Assembly: GCF_001548275.1 (NCBI RefSeq)
Contig: NZ_AP014945.1
Coordinates: 1,260,001 to 1,292,000 of the forward strand
Length of the DNA stretch: 32,000 bases
From: Caldimicrobium thiodismutans
GTDB taxonomy: Bacteria; Desulfobacterota; Thermodesulfobacteria; Thermodesulfobacteriales; Thermodesulfobacteriaceae
Direction: 5' to 3'
A model generated the notes under the pieces. It was not told the origin of the DNA. It saw only the letters and a list, made by a program, of their open reading frames with translations, and searched no databases. Below are positions 14,902 to 24,556 of the stretch, in pieces. The stretch's first letter is position 1; each line of letters starts with the position of its first letter. The translations under genes and the position numbers were made by a program.

Positions 14902-16764
14902 GTGTTAAGGAAATTGTGGTATCTTATAGAAGGTATGAATCTTAAGGCTTTCATTCTTTGTGCAGGTTTTGGGAAAAGGCTTAAACCTATTACAGAAAAA
15001 ATTCCTAAACCCCTGATCCCCATTCTTGGAAAGCCCCTTCTTGAAAGAATAATTAAGAAAATTAACAGGGCTGGAATTAAAGAAATAGCCATAAATCTTC
15101 ACCATCTCGGTGAAAAAATCATAAAATTTATTGAAGATTTTCCTTTAAATGAGAGGGTAGAGATTTTTTATGAAAAAGAGATTCTTGGAACAGGAGGGGC
15201 CCTAAAAAATGCAGAGACCTTTTTGAAGGGTTCAACCTTTTTAGTTCATAATGGAGATATCTTTTCAGATGTTGATTTAAAAGAATTTATCTCTTTTCAT
15301 TTTAAAGAAAGACCCATTGCCACTCTTCTTATCCTTGATAATCCAGAGGAAAACAGACTTTTCCTTGATGAGGAAGGAAATCTTATAGGGGTTGAGGGAT
15401 ATGTTGAGCCTGAAAGATATTTCAAGAAAATGGGTTTTTCAGGCCTTGCTCTTTATGAGCCAGAATTCCTGAATTTTCTTGAAAGAGGTTTTTCCTCGGT
15501 GGTTTCTTCCTGGATAGAGGCCTTAAAGGCAGGATTTACTATTAAAACTTACCCTCTTATAGGTTTCTGGATGGATTGCGGATCCCCTGAAGGTTATTTT
15601 AAAGCTGTAAAAAACTGTCTTAAGAATTCGGGAGAAACGGCCTATTTTCATCCTACCGCTAATTGTGATAACCTTGAATTTCAAGGCTATATTTCCATTG
15701 AAACTGAAACCTCCTTTGAAAGGGGAAGTTTCTTGAAAAATGTTATAGTTATTGCAGAAAAGAAAAAAATTTCAGGAAGTTTTGCAGAGGGTATTCTCTT
15801 TGAAGATACCTTTATACCTGTAAATCTTGAAAGAACCCTTGAAGAGATAGGAAGCGGAGGCTCAGATAGAAAATTTTTTAGGCTTTTTAATGGTTCTGTG
15901 CTTATGAAGGAGGAAAATCCCTCCCAGGATTTTGAAAGAACCTATCAATATGGCCTTTTTTTGAGAAAAGGTGGAATTAATGTTCCTGAGATAAAGGGGG
16001 CAGATTTTGAAAGAGGAGAGATCCTTTTTGAGGATCTTGGAGATATCTCCCTCTATACCTGGCTTAAAGGAAAAAGGAATAAGACAAAGATACTGGAGAT
16101 GTATAAAAGAGTTTTAGAGGAAATGGTTAAGCTTCACACCCTTAAGATTGAAAACCCAGAGATCTTTAGAGTTTTTGATTTTGAGCATTTTCGCTGGGAA
16201 ACAAGGTATTTTACTGAAAAATTTCTGGAATTCCTTTGTGAAATAAAAGCTTCCAAAGAGCTTGAAAGAGAGTTTGATGAGCTTGCAAGGATCTGTGATT
16301 CCTTCCCCAAGAATCTTCTTCACAGGGATTTTCAATCCCAGAATGTAATGATAAAGGATGGGACTCCCTATCTTATTGATTTTCAGGGGGCAAGGCTTGG
16401 ACCCTCAGGTTATGATGTTTCTTCCCTTCTCTGGGATCCCTATTACAGGCTTGATGAGGAGATAAGAAAAGAATTGCTTGAATTTTATTTAAAGAGAAGA
16501 AGGGAAACTGAGCCTTCCTTTGAAAAGGAACTTTTTATTGAAAGTTTTAAGTATTTAAGGATTCAGAGGCATCTTCAGGCCCTTGCTGCCTATGTGAACC
16601 TTTCTTATTTTAAAGGAAAGGGGTATTTTCTCAAATTTATTCCTCAGGGTCTTTCCTATCTTGAGGAAGAGGTTAAAGAGATAGAATATCCCCTCTTGAG
16701 GGAGCTAATCTTTGCATGTAGAGAGAGGCTTTTGGAAAAAGGATTTTATGAAAAGTTTTCGTAG
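14902..16764 (+). CDS. Fused sugar-1-phosphate nucleotidyltransferase (MurU-like) and anomeric sugar kinase (AmgK-like, APH fold)
   Basis: The N-terminus AFILCAGFGKRLKPITEKIPKPLIPILGKPLL...GTGGAL is the NTP-transferase part. The C-terminus LLHRDFQSQNVMI...YLIDFQGARLGPSGYDVSSLLWDPY matches the AmgK-type kinase catalytic and DFQ motifs. The true start may be the ATG at 14935 (MNLKAF). Confidence 0.7.
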   Translation: MLRKLWYLIEGMNLKAFILCAGFGKRLKPITEKIPKPLIPILGKPLLERIIKKINRAGIKEIAINLHHLGEKIIKFIEDFPLNERVEIFYEKEILGTGGALKNAETFLKGSTFLVHNGDIFSDVDLKEFISFHFKERPIATLLILDNPEENRLFLDEEGNLIGVEGYVEPERYFKKMGFSGLALYEPEFLNFLERGFSSVVSSWIEALKAGFTIKTYPLIGFWMDCGSPEGYFKAVKNCLKNSGETAYFHPTANCDNLEFQGYISIETETSFERGSFLKNVIVIAEKKKISGSFAEGILFEDTFIPVNLERTLEEIGSGGSDRKFFRLFNGSVLMKEENPSQDFERTYQYGLFLRKGGINVPEIKGADFERGEILFEDLGDISLYTWLKGKRNKTKILEMYKRVLEEMVKLHTLKIENPEIFRVFDFEHFRWETRYFTEKFLEFLCEIKASKELEREFDELARICDSFPKNLLHRDFQSQNVMIKDGTPYLIDFQGARLGPSGYDVSSLLWDPYYRLDEEIRKELLEFYLKRRRETEPSFEKELFIESFKYLRIQRHLQALAAYVNLSYFKGKGYFLKFIPQGLSYLEEEVKEIEYPLLRELIFACRERLLEKGFYEKFS

Positions 16765-17041
16765 TGAAAAAGACTTAAGACTTTTTGTAAAAAAATTTTT
16801 TAAAGAGAATCTTAAGGGGCTTCCTGAAATGGCAAAGATTGAGATAGAGGTTTACTCCCTCAACCCACCTTCTGTGAAGCTTTATTTTCCCTTTTATTCA
16901 GAGGGAAATTTTTTAAGGGCCTTTGAGGTTGATTTTTTACTGGCTGAGCTTTATAATTTGGGGATAAAGGGTAGCCTTTTTTATCAAGACGATCTTGGAG
17001 AGAGGGAATTAAATGAGTTTTCTTGTGCTTGTTCCCAGTGA
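16748..17041 (+). CDS. Hypothetical 97-aa protein
   Basis: The ATG at 16748 overlaps the upstream gene's stop region, and the 3' end overlaps the mqnB start by 29 nt (operon-style coupling). No family recognised. Confidence 0.4.
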   Translation: MKSFRSEKDLRLFVKKFFKENLKGLPEMAKIEIEVYSLNPPSVKLYFPFYSEGNFLRAFEVDFLLAELYNLGIKGSLFYQDDLGERELNEFSCACSQ

Positions 17042-17636
17042 GCTTGAGGCAAAATATTTAAAAGATCTATCTCTTGATCTTCACCTTATTGGAATTGGGC
17101 CTATAGATTCAGCCCTTTCTGCTTATGAAATCTTTCGTGAAAAGAGACCGAGTCTTGCTTTTTTGACAGGTTTTGCCGGAGCCTATCCTAAAAGTGAGCT
17201 TGAGATAGGAGATGTGGTAGTTGGCACCTGTGAAAAATTTGTAGACTTCGGAAGAAAATATGAGACCCATCTTACCCCTCTTCCTGAAAATATTCCTGCC
17301 TGGGATTACTGTCCTTTAACCCATGTTTTTACAGAAAAGCTAATTTATATCCTTGAGGTGAATGGTTTTAATCCTCAGGGAGGGCCCCTTGCCACAGTTT
17401 GTGCTGCAACCTATGACCTTCAAAGAGCGCGTTTTATTGAGGAAAAATTTCAGGTTCTGGCTGAAAACATGGAAGGCTTTGGAGTAGGAAGAGCAGCAAG
17501 AAGAACCAAAGTTTTTCTCCTTGAAATAAGAGTCATAAGCAATATTCTTTCTGCACCTGAGAAAGACTGGGATTTTGAGAGGGCAGGAAAAAGGCTTCGT
17601 GAGGTCTGGGAATGTCTATTGAGAGAGTGGAAATAG
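17013..17636 (+). CDS. mqnB: Futalosine hydrolase (nucleoside phosphorylase fold)
   Basis: LVLVPSELEAKYL...LIGIGPIDSALSAYEI...GFAGAYP...ENMEGFGV is a PNP/MTAN-like pattern. The size (207 aa) and the position next to mqnD fit MqnB. Confidence 0.7.
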   Translation: MSFLVLVPSELEAKYLKDLSLDLHLIGIGPIDSALSAYEIFREKRPSLAFLTGFAGAYPKSELEIGDVVVGTCEKFVDFGRKYETHLTPLPENIPAWDYCPLTHVFTEKLIYILEVNGFNPQGGPLATVCAATYDLQRARFIEEKFQVLAENMEGFGVGRAARRTKVFLLEIRVISNILSAPEKDWDFERAGKRLREVWECLLREWK

Positions 17637-18454
17637 CCGCCTCCCCCTGCCCCAATGATGTCTTCATCCTTTCTGGATTAATTCTTAATAAAGTCTTGAC
17701 CTCCTTTGAGTATTCTTTTAAGTTTGCTGATATTGAAACCTTAAATGAGCTGGCCTTAAAAAAGGCTTTTCCAGTAATAAAGGTCTCTTTTGCCCTTTAT
17801 CCCGAGGTATATCCAGATTATCAAATTCTTTCCTGTGGAAGTGCCCTCGGTTTTGGGGTTGGGCCTTTGCTTGTTTCTCGTAAAGAGATAAAAGAGCTTA
17901 ACTTTGCAGATTTTAAAGTTGGGATTCCTGGAAGATATACTACTGCCTATTTTCTTTTTAAATTTTTTTATCCCAAGGAAATTCAAAAGATTTTTTTACC
18001 TTATTATGAGATTATTCCTGCCTTGCTCCGAGGGGATATTGACCTTGGGGTGTTGATTCACGAGGGGAGGTTTGTTTATGCAAAATATGGCCTCTTTCTT
18101 GTGCAAGATCTTGGGACCTATTGGGAGGAAAAGGTTAATGCTCCACTTCCTCTTGGGGGATTTCTTGTAAAAAGAGATTTTCCAGAGGATAAAAAAAACA
18201 GGATTTTACAGGACCTGAGAAGGAGTTTAAAATATGCCTGGGCTAAGAAAGATGAGGTTTATCCGCTCTTAAAAAAGTATGCCCAAGAGCCAAGCCAGGA
18301 AGTAATTTTTAATCATATTCAGACCTATGTAAACTCCTACACCCTTAAACTTGAAGGGGAAGCCCTAAAAGGGATTAAGGTCTTTTTTGAGACTTTGAAT
18401 TTCAAGGAAGATCCAGAAAATTTTATCTGGGAGAACAAAGATGGAATTTCTTAA
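17612..18454 (+). CDS. mqnD: 1,4-dihydroxy-6-naphthoate synthase
   Basis: SPCPNDVF, DIETLNELAL, GVGPLLVSR, GIPGRYTTAYFLFK, LIHEGRFVYAKYGL, PLPLGGFLVKRD and IQTYVNSYTL are collinear with the Thermus MqnD sequence as I recall it. Confidence 0.8.
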   Translation: MSIERVEIAASPCPNDVFILSGLILNKVLTSFEYSFKFADIETLNELALKKAFPVIKVSFALYPEVYPDYQILSCGSALGFGVGPLLVSRKEIKELNFADFKVGIPGRYTTAYFLFKFFYPKEIQKIFLPYYEIIPALLRGDIDLGVLIHEGRFVYAKYGLFLVQDLGTYWEEKVNAPLPLGGFLVKRDFPEDKKNRILQDLRRSLKYAWAKKDEVYPLLKKYAQEPSQEVIFNHIQTYVNSYTLKLEGEALKGIKVFFETLNFKEDPENFIWENKDGIS

Positions 18455-19121
18455 ATTCTTCTTTCAGATTGGATTAACAGGAAAGTTAGTTTTACTTTTC
18501 CTTTTTTTTATGAGTTTTCTTTCCTGGTATTACATTTTTTTAAACTTTATTTCTTTGCGCAGTTTTAAAAGTGCCATTGAAAACTGGGATAATCGTTTAG
18601 AGCGAATTAAAGAATTTTCCCTATTTGTCAAAGAGGTTAAAGGTCAAAGTGGGGATCTCCTTTCTCAGAGTTTTAAGAAATTTTTAACCAGATTTGCCGA
18701 GGTCTATAATTTTTATAGTATAGAAAAAAAGGGGGCTGAAAGTTTTAGAACTGAGGCTGAAAAAGAGGTTGATGAGTGTGCTCTTATTGAACAAGAAAGA
18801 GTGGTTCTTAACCTTGGAAAGGGGCTTGGATATCTTGCCACCACAGCAAGCACCGCTCCTTTTATAGGACTTTTTGGCACTGTCTGGGGGATCATGCGCT
18901 CCTTTCACGAGATCGGGCTTAAGGGGAGCGCCTCCTTAGCTACAGTTGCCCCGGGTATTGCTGAAGCCCTCATCAATACAGCTATGGGCCTTTTTGTAGC
19001 TATACCTGCAGGTATTGCCTACAATTACTTTGTGCTTAAAAAGGAAAAATTGTCCAAAGAGTTAGAACTTACCTATAGAAAAATTTTAATAATTAGTAAA
19101 AGAGAATTTTTAAAGGATTGA
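18441..19121 (+). CDS. tolQ: MotA/TolQ/ExbB family proton-channel protein
   Basis: LATTASTAPFIGLFGTVWGIMRSFHEIG...LATVAPGIAEALINTAMGLFVAIPA is the family signature. The start overlaps the mqnD end by 14 nt. No tolR/exbD follows. Confidence 0.8.
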   Translation: MEFLKFFFQIGLTGKLVLLFLFFMSFLSWYYIFLNFISLRSFKSAIENWDNRLERIKEFSLFVKEVKGQSGDLLSQSFKKFLTRFAEVYNFYSIEKKGAESFRTEAEKEVDECALIEQERVVLNLGKGLGYLATTASTAPFIGLFGTVWGIMRSFHEIGLKGSASLATVAPGIAEALINTAMGLFVAIPAGIAYNYFVLKKEKLSKELELTYRKILIISKREFLKD

Positions 19122-19123
19122 CT

Positions 19124-19428
19124 TGCATAAGTTCAGATCCTTACAAGAAAAAGGAAGGGTGGTAAAAAAGCTCCTCTTTCCAAAGGGGAATGGGTATGTG
19201 GAGAGATTTAATAGGATATTAGAGGAGAGTTTTATATGGTATTGGGAAGAAGACTTATTTGAGGATTTGGAGAAATTTAATAAGGCGTTGATGGGGTATT
19301 TGATATGGTATAATGGTGAAAGGCCCATTAGTGGGTTGCAACAGGTATCACCGATAAAATATTTGTGTTATGCCCAAAGAAAAAATACTATAGAGTCTCA
19401 AAAGATATGGACTTATACACGGACTTGC
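19124..19428 (+). mobile_element. Internally deleted IS element (copy B of the repeat family) with imperfect terminal inverted repeats; boundaries +/-10 bp
   Basis: IRL TGCATAAGTTCAGATCCTT (from 19124) matches the reverse complement of the right end, TGTATAAGTCCATATCTTT (ending 19419), in a TG...CA configuration. GACTTGC occurs at 19120-19126 and again at 19422-19428. Confidence 0.6.
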
Positions 19429-19437
19429 CAGTTATAA
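19186..19437 (+). pseudogene. C-terminal remnant of a DDE (rve-type, IS3/IS481-like) transposase
   Basis: GNGYVERFNRILEESF...FNKALMGYLIWYNGERPISGLQQVSPIKYL matches the conserved end of the integrase core (G.VERFNRTLK...YN..RPH..L). The N-terminal two-thirds, including the DD residues, are absent. Confidence 0.7.
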
Positions 19438-19453
19438 AAAGATATAGTATTTT
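19425..19453 (+). promoter_or_regulatory. Putative outward-facing promoter at the IS right end (TTGCCA-17-TATTTT) upstream of trxA
   Basis: The hexamers are at 19425-19430 and 19448-19453, and trxA starts at 19483 behind a GGAGGGGAGG Shine-Dalgarno. The same TTGnCA-17-TATTTT layout occurs at copy C. Confidence 0.3.
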
Positions 19454-19482
19454 AGTAAAAATTAAATACAGGAGGGGAGGAT

Positions 19483-19806
19483 ATGGCAGCATGTAAAGTG
19501 ACAGATCAGGATTTTGAAAAGGAGGTTTTGCAATCATCTATCCCTGTTCTTGTTGATTTCTGGGCAGCCTGGTGTGGGCCTTGTAGAGCTATTGCCCCTG
19601 TGATTGATGAGCTTGCTGAAGAGTATGCAGGGAAGGTAAAGGTGTGCAAGATGAATGTAGATGAAAATCCAGTGACCCCTGGAAAATATGGAATTCGGGC
19701 TATTCCCACTTTAATAGTTTTTAAAGATGGCCAGGCAGTTGAGACCATTGTGGGAGCAGTTTCTAAGGCTACTCTTACCAATGCCCTAAATAAGGTGCTT
19801 GGTTAG
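19483..19806 (+). CDS. trxA: Thioredoxin
   Basis: WAAWCGPCR active site, 107 aa, strong Shine-Dalgarno. Confidence 0.92.
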   Translation: MAACKVTDQDFEKEVLQSSIPVLVDFWAAWCGPCRAIAPVIDELAEEYAGKVKVCKMNVDENPVTPGKYGIRAIPTLIVFKDGQAVETIVGAVSKATLTNALNKVLG

Positions 19807-19815
19807 TAGAGCCTG

Positions 19816-20748
19816 ATGCCTGAAGATCTCTATGATTTAATAATAATAGGAGGGGGGCCTGCGGGTTTAACAGCAGGGCTTTATGCCCGTAGAGCCCTTC
19901 TAAAAACTCTTTTACTTGAAAAAGGTCCTCTCGGGGGCCAGGTTATCTATACTGATCTCATTGAGAATTATCCAGGCTTCCCTGAAGGTATCTCCGGTTT
20001 TGATCTAATTGACCTAATGCATAAACAGGTGCAAAAAGTTAATTTAGAGATCCTTGAAGAAGAGGTTATCGCTCTTTCAGATTTTGAAACCTATAAAGAG
20101 CTTACCACAGCAACAGGGAAGAAATTTCGATCAAGAGCGGTTATATTGGCCTTAGGGGCTATGTATAAAAAACTGGGTGTGCCTGGAGAGTTAGAGTTTA
20201 CAGGCAAGGGAGTTTCCTATTGTGCAATTTGTGATGGCCCCTTTTACAGGGGAGAAGTAGTAGCTGTTGTAGGAGGGGGAAATACCGCCCTTCAGGAGGC
20301 CCTTCATCTGACTAAATATGCTGAGAAGGTTTATCTTATCCACAGAAGGGATGCCTTTAGAGCTACGGCGATCCTTCAGGAAAGGGTCAAAGCTAATCCC
20401 AAGATAGAGCTCATCTTGAATTCAGTCCCTGAAGAGATTCAGGGAAGGGACAAGGTTGAAACATTGAGGTTAAAAAATGTGAAAACGGGAGAAACCTTCA
20501 TCCTTCCTGTTGCAGGTATTTTTATCTTTATTGGTCTTACTGCGAGTACTCAGTGGCTTAAGGGAATCCTTGACCTTGATGAACAGGGTTTTATAATAAC
20601 TGATAAAGAAATGAGAACCTCCCTATCCGGGGTCTTTGCCTGTGGAGATTGTGTGAGCAAGAAGTTTCGCCAGATTATAAATGCCTGTGGAGAAGGGGCT
20701 GTGGCTGCCTTAAATGCAGAAGAGTTTATTAAGTCCTTGGTTGAATAA
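19816..20748 (+). CDS. trxB: Thioredoxin-disulfide reductase
   Basis: IIIGGGPAGLTAG, redox centre CAICDG, VVGGGNTALQEA and GVFACGD. Confidence 0.92.
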   Translation: MPEDLYDLIIIGGGPAGLTAGLYARRALLKTLLLEKGPLGGQVIYTDLIENYPGFPEGISGFDLIDLMHKQVQKVNLEILEEEVIALSDFETYKELTTATGKKFRSRAVILALGAMYKKLGVPGELEFTGKGVSYCAICDGPFYRGEVVAVVGGGNTALQEALHLTKYAEKVYLIHRRDAFRATAILQERVKANPKIELILNSVPEEIQGRDKVETLRLKNVKTGETFILPVAGIFIFIGLTASTQWLKGILDLDEQGFIITDKEMRTSLSGVFACGDCVSKKFRQIINACGEGAVAALNAEEFIKSLVE

Positions 20749-20762
20749 TTGAGGGAAAAGGT

Positions 20763-21503
20763 GTGATACCTAAGAAAGGGATTTTTCTTATTTTTTTGAT
20801 CTTTCTATTATCAGCCTGTGCCAAAATCCCTGATCCCCTTAAAGTTTGGCAGGCAAGGGAAGTAAAGATAAAAGAAGAGGCTCCTCTTTCTGAGCTTATG
20901 CAAAGAGCTGAGAGATACTTCCAGCGAGGACAATATGATCTTGCCACTCAGTATTTTGAAGAAGTGAAAAATAAATATCCCGGTACTCCTGAATCAGTTC
21001 TGGCTGAGCTCCGTCTGGCAGACACCAAGTTCTGGGCTGGAGATTACTTAGAGGCCATTACTTTTTATGAGGAGTTTGAGAAGTTTTATCCCAATAATGA
21101 GGCCATACCCTATGTAATCTTTCAGATCGGGACTTGTTATTATAAGCTTCGCCAGACCATTGATAGGGACCCAACTTATGCTAAAAAAGCGATAGAAACT
21201 TATCAGAGACTTTTACAAACCTTTCCTCAAAATGCATACCGTATTGAAGCAGAAAATCGTATAAGAGAACTAAGAGAGCTTCTTGCCTCTCATGAGTTTT
21301 ATGTGGCAAGTTTTTATTTTAAGATCAAATATTATCGCGCAGCTTATAAAAGACTCCTTTATCTACTTGAGACCTATCCTGAAACCTATGTAGCCCAACA
21401 GGCAAAAGCTTCTCTTGAAAAATACTATCAAATGGCCTTAAAAGAAACTGAGTCATTTAATAAAGGTGAAGTAAAGGACTTTTTCGGAGGGAGTGTCCCT
21501 TAA
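20763..21503 (+). CDS. bamD: Outer membrane protein assembly factor BamD (TPR lipoprotein)
   Basis: Lipobox FLLSAC. The TPR body has the BamD-like segments KYPGTPES, FYPNNEAIPYV, RDPTYAKKAIETYQRLLQTFPQNAY, LASHEFYVASFYFK and YPET. Confidence 0.75.
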   Translation: MIPKKGIFLIFLIFLLSACAKIPDPLKVWQAREVKIKEEAPLSELMQRAERYFQRGQYDLATQYFEEVKNKYPGTPESVLAELRLADTKFWAGDYLEAITFYEEFEKFYPNNEAIPYVIFQIGTCYYKLRQTIDRDPTYAKKAIETYQRLLQTFPQNAYRIEAENRIRELRELLASHEFYVASFYFKIKYYRAAYKRLLYLLETYPETYVAQQAKASLEKYYQMALKETESFNKGEVKDFFGGSVP

Positions 21504-21730
21504 GTAGTTTCTTCTTCAGTCAAGGGAAATTCAATAATTCTCTCTCTATTAAAAGGGCTACCCACAAATTCAGGTGTAGGCTCTTGAAAGTCCTCAAGGG
21601 TTAAAAATGGTTCTGTTGCTCCAGGGGGAAAGATACCCAGTCTCTCAATTTCAAGGCCCATATCAGCTCCACACCTTGGACAGGCCTTGAGCTCCTCAGA
21701 AAAGAAATAGTTACATTTGGGACATCTCAT
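21500..21730 (-). CDS. Small zinc-ribbon protein (76 aa)
   Basis: [25 protein letters not shown] is a CxxC...CxxC motif. The ATG at 21730 overlaps the last 20 nt of secA. The longer 108-aa version in the track would lie inside secA and is unlikely. Confidence 0.5.
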   Translation of the reverse strand: MRCPKCNYFFSEELKACPRCGADMGLEIERLGIFPPGATEPFLTLEDFQEPTPEFVGSPFNRERIIEFPLTEEETT

Positions 21731-24476
21731 GTTCCACCTCCTTTTCCCCGCTTTCTTTACCACAGCACTTTTTATACTTTTTCCCTGAGCCACAGGGACA
21801 GGGATCGTTTCTTCCCACTTTGACACTCCTTACAGGCTCTTGGGCTTGAGGCTTTTCTTCAAAGAGGTCTTCTCGCTTAAATTCAAGTTTTTTCTCATCT
21901 ATTTCACCTTCTTCAAGCACCATCTCTTGAATTCGTTCTGCCTCTTCTCTCAATTCCACGCGGAATAGATAGGAAAGGGTAGTTTCCCGGATCTTTCGCA
22001 TAAGTTCCACAAAGAGATGAAAGGCCTCTCTTTTGTATTCCTGAAGGGGGTTTTTCTGGCCATATCCCCTTAAGCCCACACTTTCCTTGATATGATCAAG
22101 GATAAGGAGATGTTCCTTCCAAAGGGAATCAATGGTTGTAAGAAGGAAGTATTTTTCAAGGTTTCTCATGAGGTCTGGACCAATAAGTTTTTCTTTCCTT
22201 TCATAGGTAGAGATAGCCTGCTTTTTCAGTTCTTCAAGTAGGGAAGTTTTATTTGTAAAGCTCTTTTCAGAAAAGACTGGTTCAAAGGCAAAAACCTCTT
22301 TTACTCTTGTTTTTAAATTTTCAAGGGCATCCATAGAGATATTTTTCTCCTCAAAGATGGTTTCTGAGATGAGATCTTCCGCGGTCTCATCAAGCATAGA
22401 GAGAATCCAGTCCCTGATGGTTTCGCTTTTCAGGATCTCTTTTCTCTGGGAGTAAATAGTTTCGCGTTGTTTATTCATCACATCGTCATATTCAAGAAGA
22501 TGCTTTCTGATCTCAAAATGATAAGCCTCAACCTTTTTCTGAGCCTGTTCAATGGCTTTGGTTAACCAAGGATGCTCAAGAGGCTCTCCCTCAGGAAGAC
22601 CTAATTTTTCCATAAAACTCTTGAGTTTGTCTGAGCCAAAAAGTCTTAGCAGATCATCTTCAAGAGAAAGAAAGAATCTACTTGCTCCAGGATCTCCCTG
22701 TCTTCCAGATCTACCTCTCAATTGATTATCAATACGCCTTGATTCATGCCTTTCTGTTCCAATAATATAAAGCCCTCCTAAGGACCTTACCTTTTCTGCA
22801 TCCTCTTGACATTCAAGGTATTTTTGATAAAGTAGAGTTGCCCAGTAATCGGGATACTTTTCTGTAGGATTTTGTCCCTGTCTGGCAAGGGCAAGAACCT
22901 CATTCCAGGCCCTTTCAGGGATTTCATTAAGGTCGTAGCCTTCTGCAGAAAGTTGGGTCTTGGCAAGCCCTTCTGGATTTCCTCCCAGAAGAATATCAAC
23001 ACCTCTTCCAGCCATATTGGTGGCAATAGTTACAGCATGAGACCTTCCAGCCTGAGCAATAATCTGGGCCTCTCTTTCGTGGTGCTTGGCATTTAATACC
23101 TGATGGGGAATCTTTTTCTTTTTGAGCATTTTTGAAAGAAGTTCACTTTTTTCAATGGAGACAGTTCCAACAAGAACAGGACGGCCTTTTTTGTAATTTT
23201 CCTCAATTTCTTCAACGACTTTTTCAAGTTTTTCCTTGTAAGTGCGGAAGACAAGATCAGGAAAATCTTGTCTTATCATTGGCTTGTGCGTGGGAACAAC
23301 CACCACATCTAAGTTATAAATCTCTTTAAACTCAGCTGCTTCAGTCTCAGCGGTTCCAGTCATACCAGCTATTTTTTCATACATCCTGAAATAGTTTTGG
23401 ATGGTGACCATAGCTAAGGTTTGATTTTCAGCCTCAATGCGAACCCTTTCTTTGGCCTCAACTGCCTGATGTAGACCATCACTCCAGCGTCTTCCAGGCA
23501 TGAGCCTTCCCGTAAATTCATCCACTATGACAACTTTGCCATCCTTTACCACATAGTCCACATCTCTTTTAAAAAGGTGATGGGCTCTCAGGGATTGATT
23601 GATATGATGCACAATTCGGACATATCTTGGATTGTAAAGATTTTTTATACCAAGAAGCCTTTCACATTCAGTTATTCCCTCCTCGGTAAGGTGAGCACTT
23701 TTGGTTTTTTCATCTATTGTAAAGTGAATATCCTTTTTGAGTTTTCGCACAATTTCATCAATATAATAGTAAAGATCTGTTGACTCCTCTGATGGTCCCG
23801 AGATAATAAGTGGGGTCCTTGCTTCATCAATAAGAATAGAGTCCACTTCATCAATTATGGCATAGTAATGATCTCTCTGAACCATATCTTCAAGGGAATA
23901 TTTCATATTATCCCTTAAATAGTCAAAGCCAAATTCAGAGTTTGTGCCGTAGGTGATATCCGCCTGGTAGGCCTCTTTTCGTTCTTCATCATCCATACCA
24001 GAGACAATGTATCCCACCTTTAGTCCAAGGAAACGATAAACAGGCCCCATCCATTCCGCATCTCTTTTGGCCAAATAATCGTTAACAGTAACTATATGAA
24101 CTCCTCTTCCGGTCAAGGCATTGAGATAAGCAGGAAGAGTGGCAACCAGGGTTTTTCCTTCTCCGGTTTTCATTTCAGCAATCTTTCCCTGATGAAGAAC
24201 AATTCCACCCATGAGCTGAACATCAAAGTGCCTCAGCCCAAGAACTCTACGAGAGGCCTCTCTTACCACTGCAAAGGCCTCAGGCAAGATCTCATCAAGA
24301 GGTGCCCCTTGAGAAAGCCTTTCCTTGAATTCTATTGTTTTCCTTGAAAGTTCTTCATCAGAAAGTTTTTGAATCTCAGATTCAAAGGAATTAATCTTCT
24401 GAACAATAGGTTTGAGCTTCTTTAATTCCCTTTCGTTTTTAGTTCCTACAATTTTAGTTATGAGCTGAGTAATCAT
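21711..24476 (-). CDS. secA: Preprotein translocase ATPase SecA
   Basis: The 921-aa product has [14 protein letters not shown] (Walker A), the [23 protein letters not shown] motor and the C-terminal zinc finger [14 protein letters not shown]. Confidence 0.97.
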   Translation of the reverse strand: MITQLITKIVGTKNERELKKLKPIVQKINSFESEIQKLSDEELSRKTIEFKERLSQGAPLDEILPEAFAVVREASRRVLGLRHFDVQLMGGIVLHQGKIAEMKTGEGKTLVATLPAYLNALTGRGVHIVTVNDYLAKRDAEWMGPVYRFLGLKVGYIVSGMDDEERKEAYQADITYGTNSEFGFDYLRDNMKYSLEDMVQRDHYYAIIDEVDSILIDEARTPLIISGPSEESTDLYYYIDEIVRKLKKDIHFTIDEKTKSAHLTEEGITECERLLGIKNLYNPRYVRIVHHINQSLRAHHLFKRDVDYVVKDGKVVIVDEFTGRLMPGRRWSDGLHQAVEAKERVRIEAENQTLAMVTIQNYFRMYEKIAGMTGTAETEAAEFKEIYNLDVVVVPTHKPMIRQDFPDLVFRTYKEKLEKVVEEIEENYKKGRPVLVGTVSIEKSELLSKMLKKKKIPHQVLNAKHHEREAQIIAQAGRSHAVTIATNMAGRGVDILLGGNPEGLAKTQLSAEGYDLNEIPERAWNEVLALARQGQNPTEKYPDYWATLLYQKYLECQEDAEKVRSLGGLYIIGTERHESRRIDNQLRGRSGRQGDPGASRFFLSLEDDLLRLFGSDKLKSFMEKLGLPEGEPLEHPWLTKAIEQAQKKVEAYHFEIRKHLLEYDDVMNKQRETIYSQRKEILKSETIRDWILSMLDETAEDLISETIFEEKNISMDALENLKTRVKEVFAFEPVFSEKSFTNKTSLLEELKKQAISTYERKEKLIGPDLMRNLEKYFLLTTIDSLWKEHLLILDHIKESVGLRGYGQKNPLQEYKREAFHLFVELMRKIRETTLSYLFRVELREEAERIQEMVLEEGEIDEKKLEFKREDLFEEKPQAQEPVRSVKVGRNDPCPCGSGKKYKKCCGKESGEKEVEHEMSQM

Positions 24477-24556
24477 AAAACCATTAAACCCCTTTTAAAG
24501 ATTTTTCGCAATTTAAAATTTAATCCTTTTTAAAGGTATTACAAGCTATTTAAAAG

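Noticed and set aside
19506-19781. A 91-aa ORF lies antisense to trxA.
   Set aside because: It sits fully within the thioredoxin gene, which has the WCGPC site and a strong Shine-Dalgarno.
21731-21826. The N-terminal 32 codons of the 108-aa version of the zinc-ribbon ORF.
   Set aside because: This part lies inside the secA coding region, within the zinc-finger-encoding 3' end. The internal ATG at 21730, which begins MRCPKC, gives a compact zinc-ribbon protein with the usual short operon-style overlap.
22787-24347. Several 65-83-aa ORFs occur on both strands within secA. The ORFs at 24578..24826 and 25502..25702 lie inside queH and wrbA.
   Set aside because: They are nested in strongly supported genes and have no independent signals.
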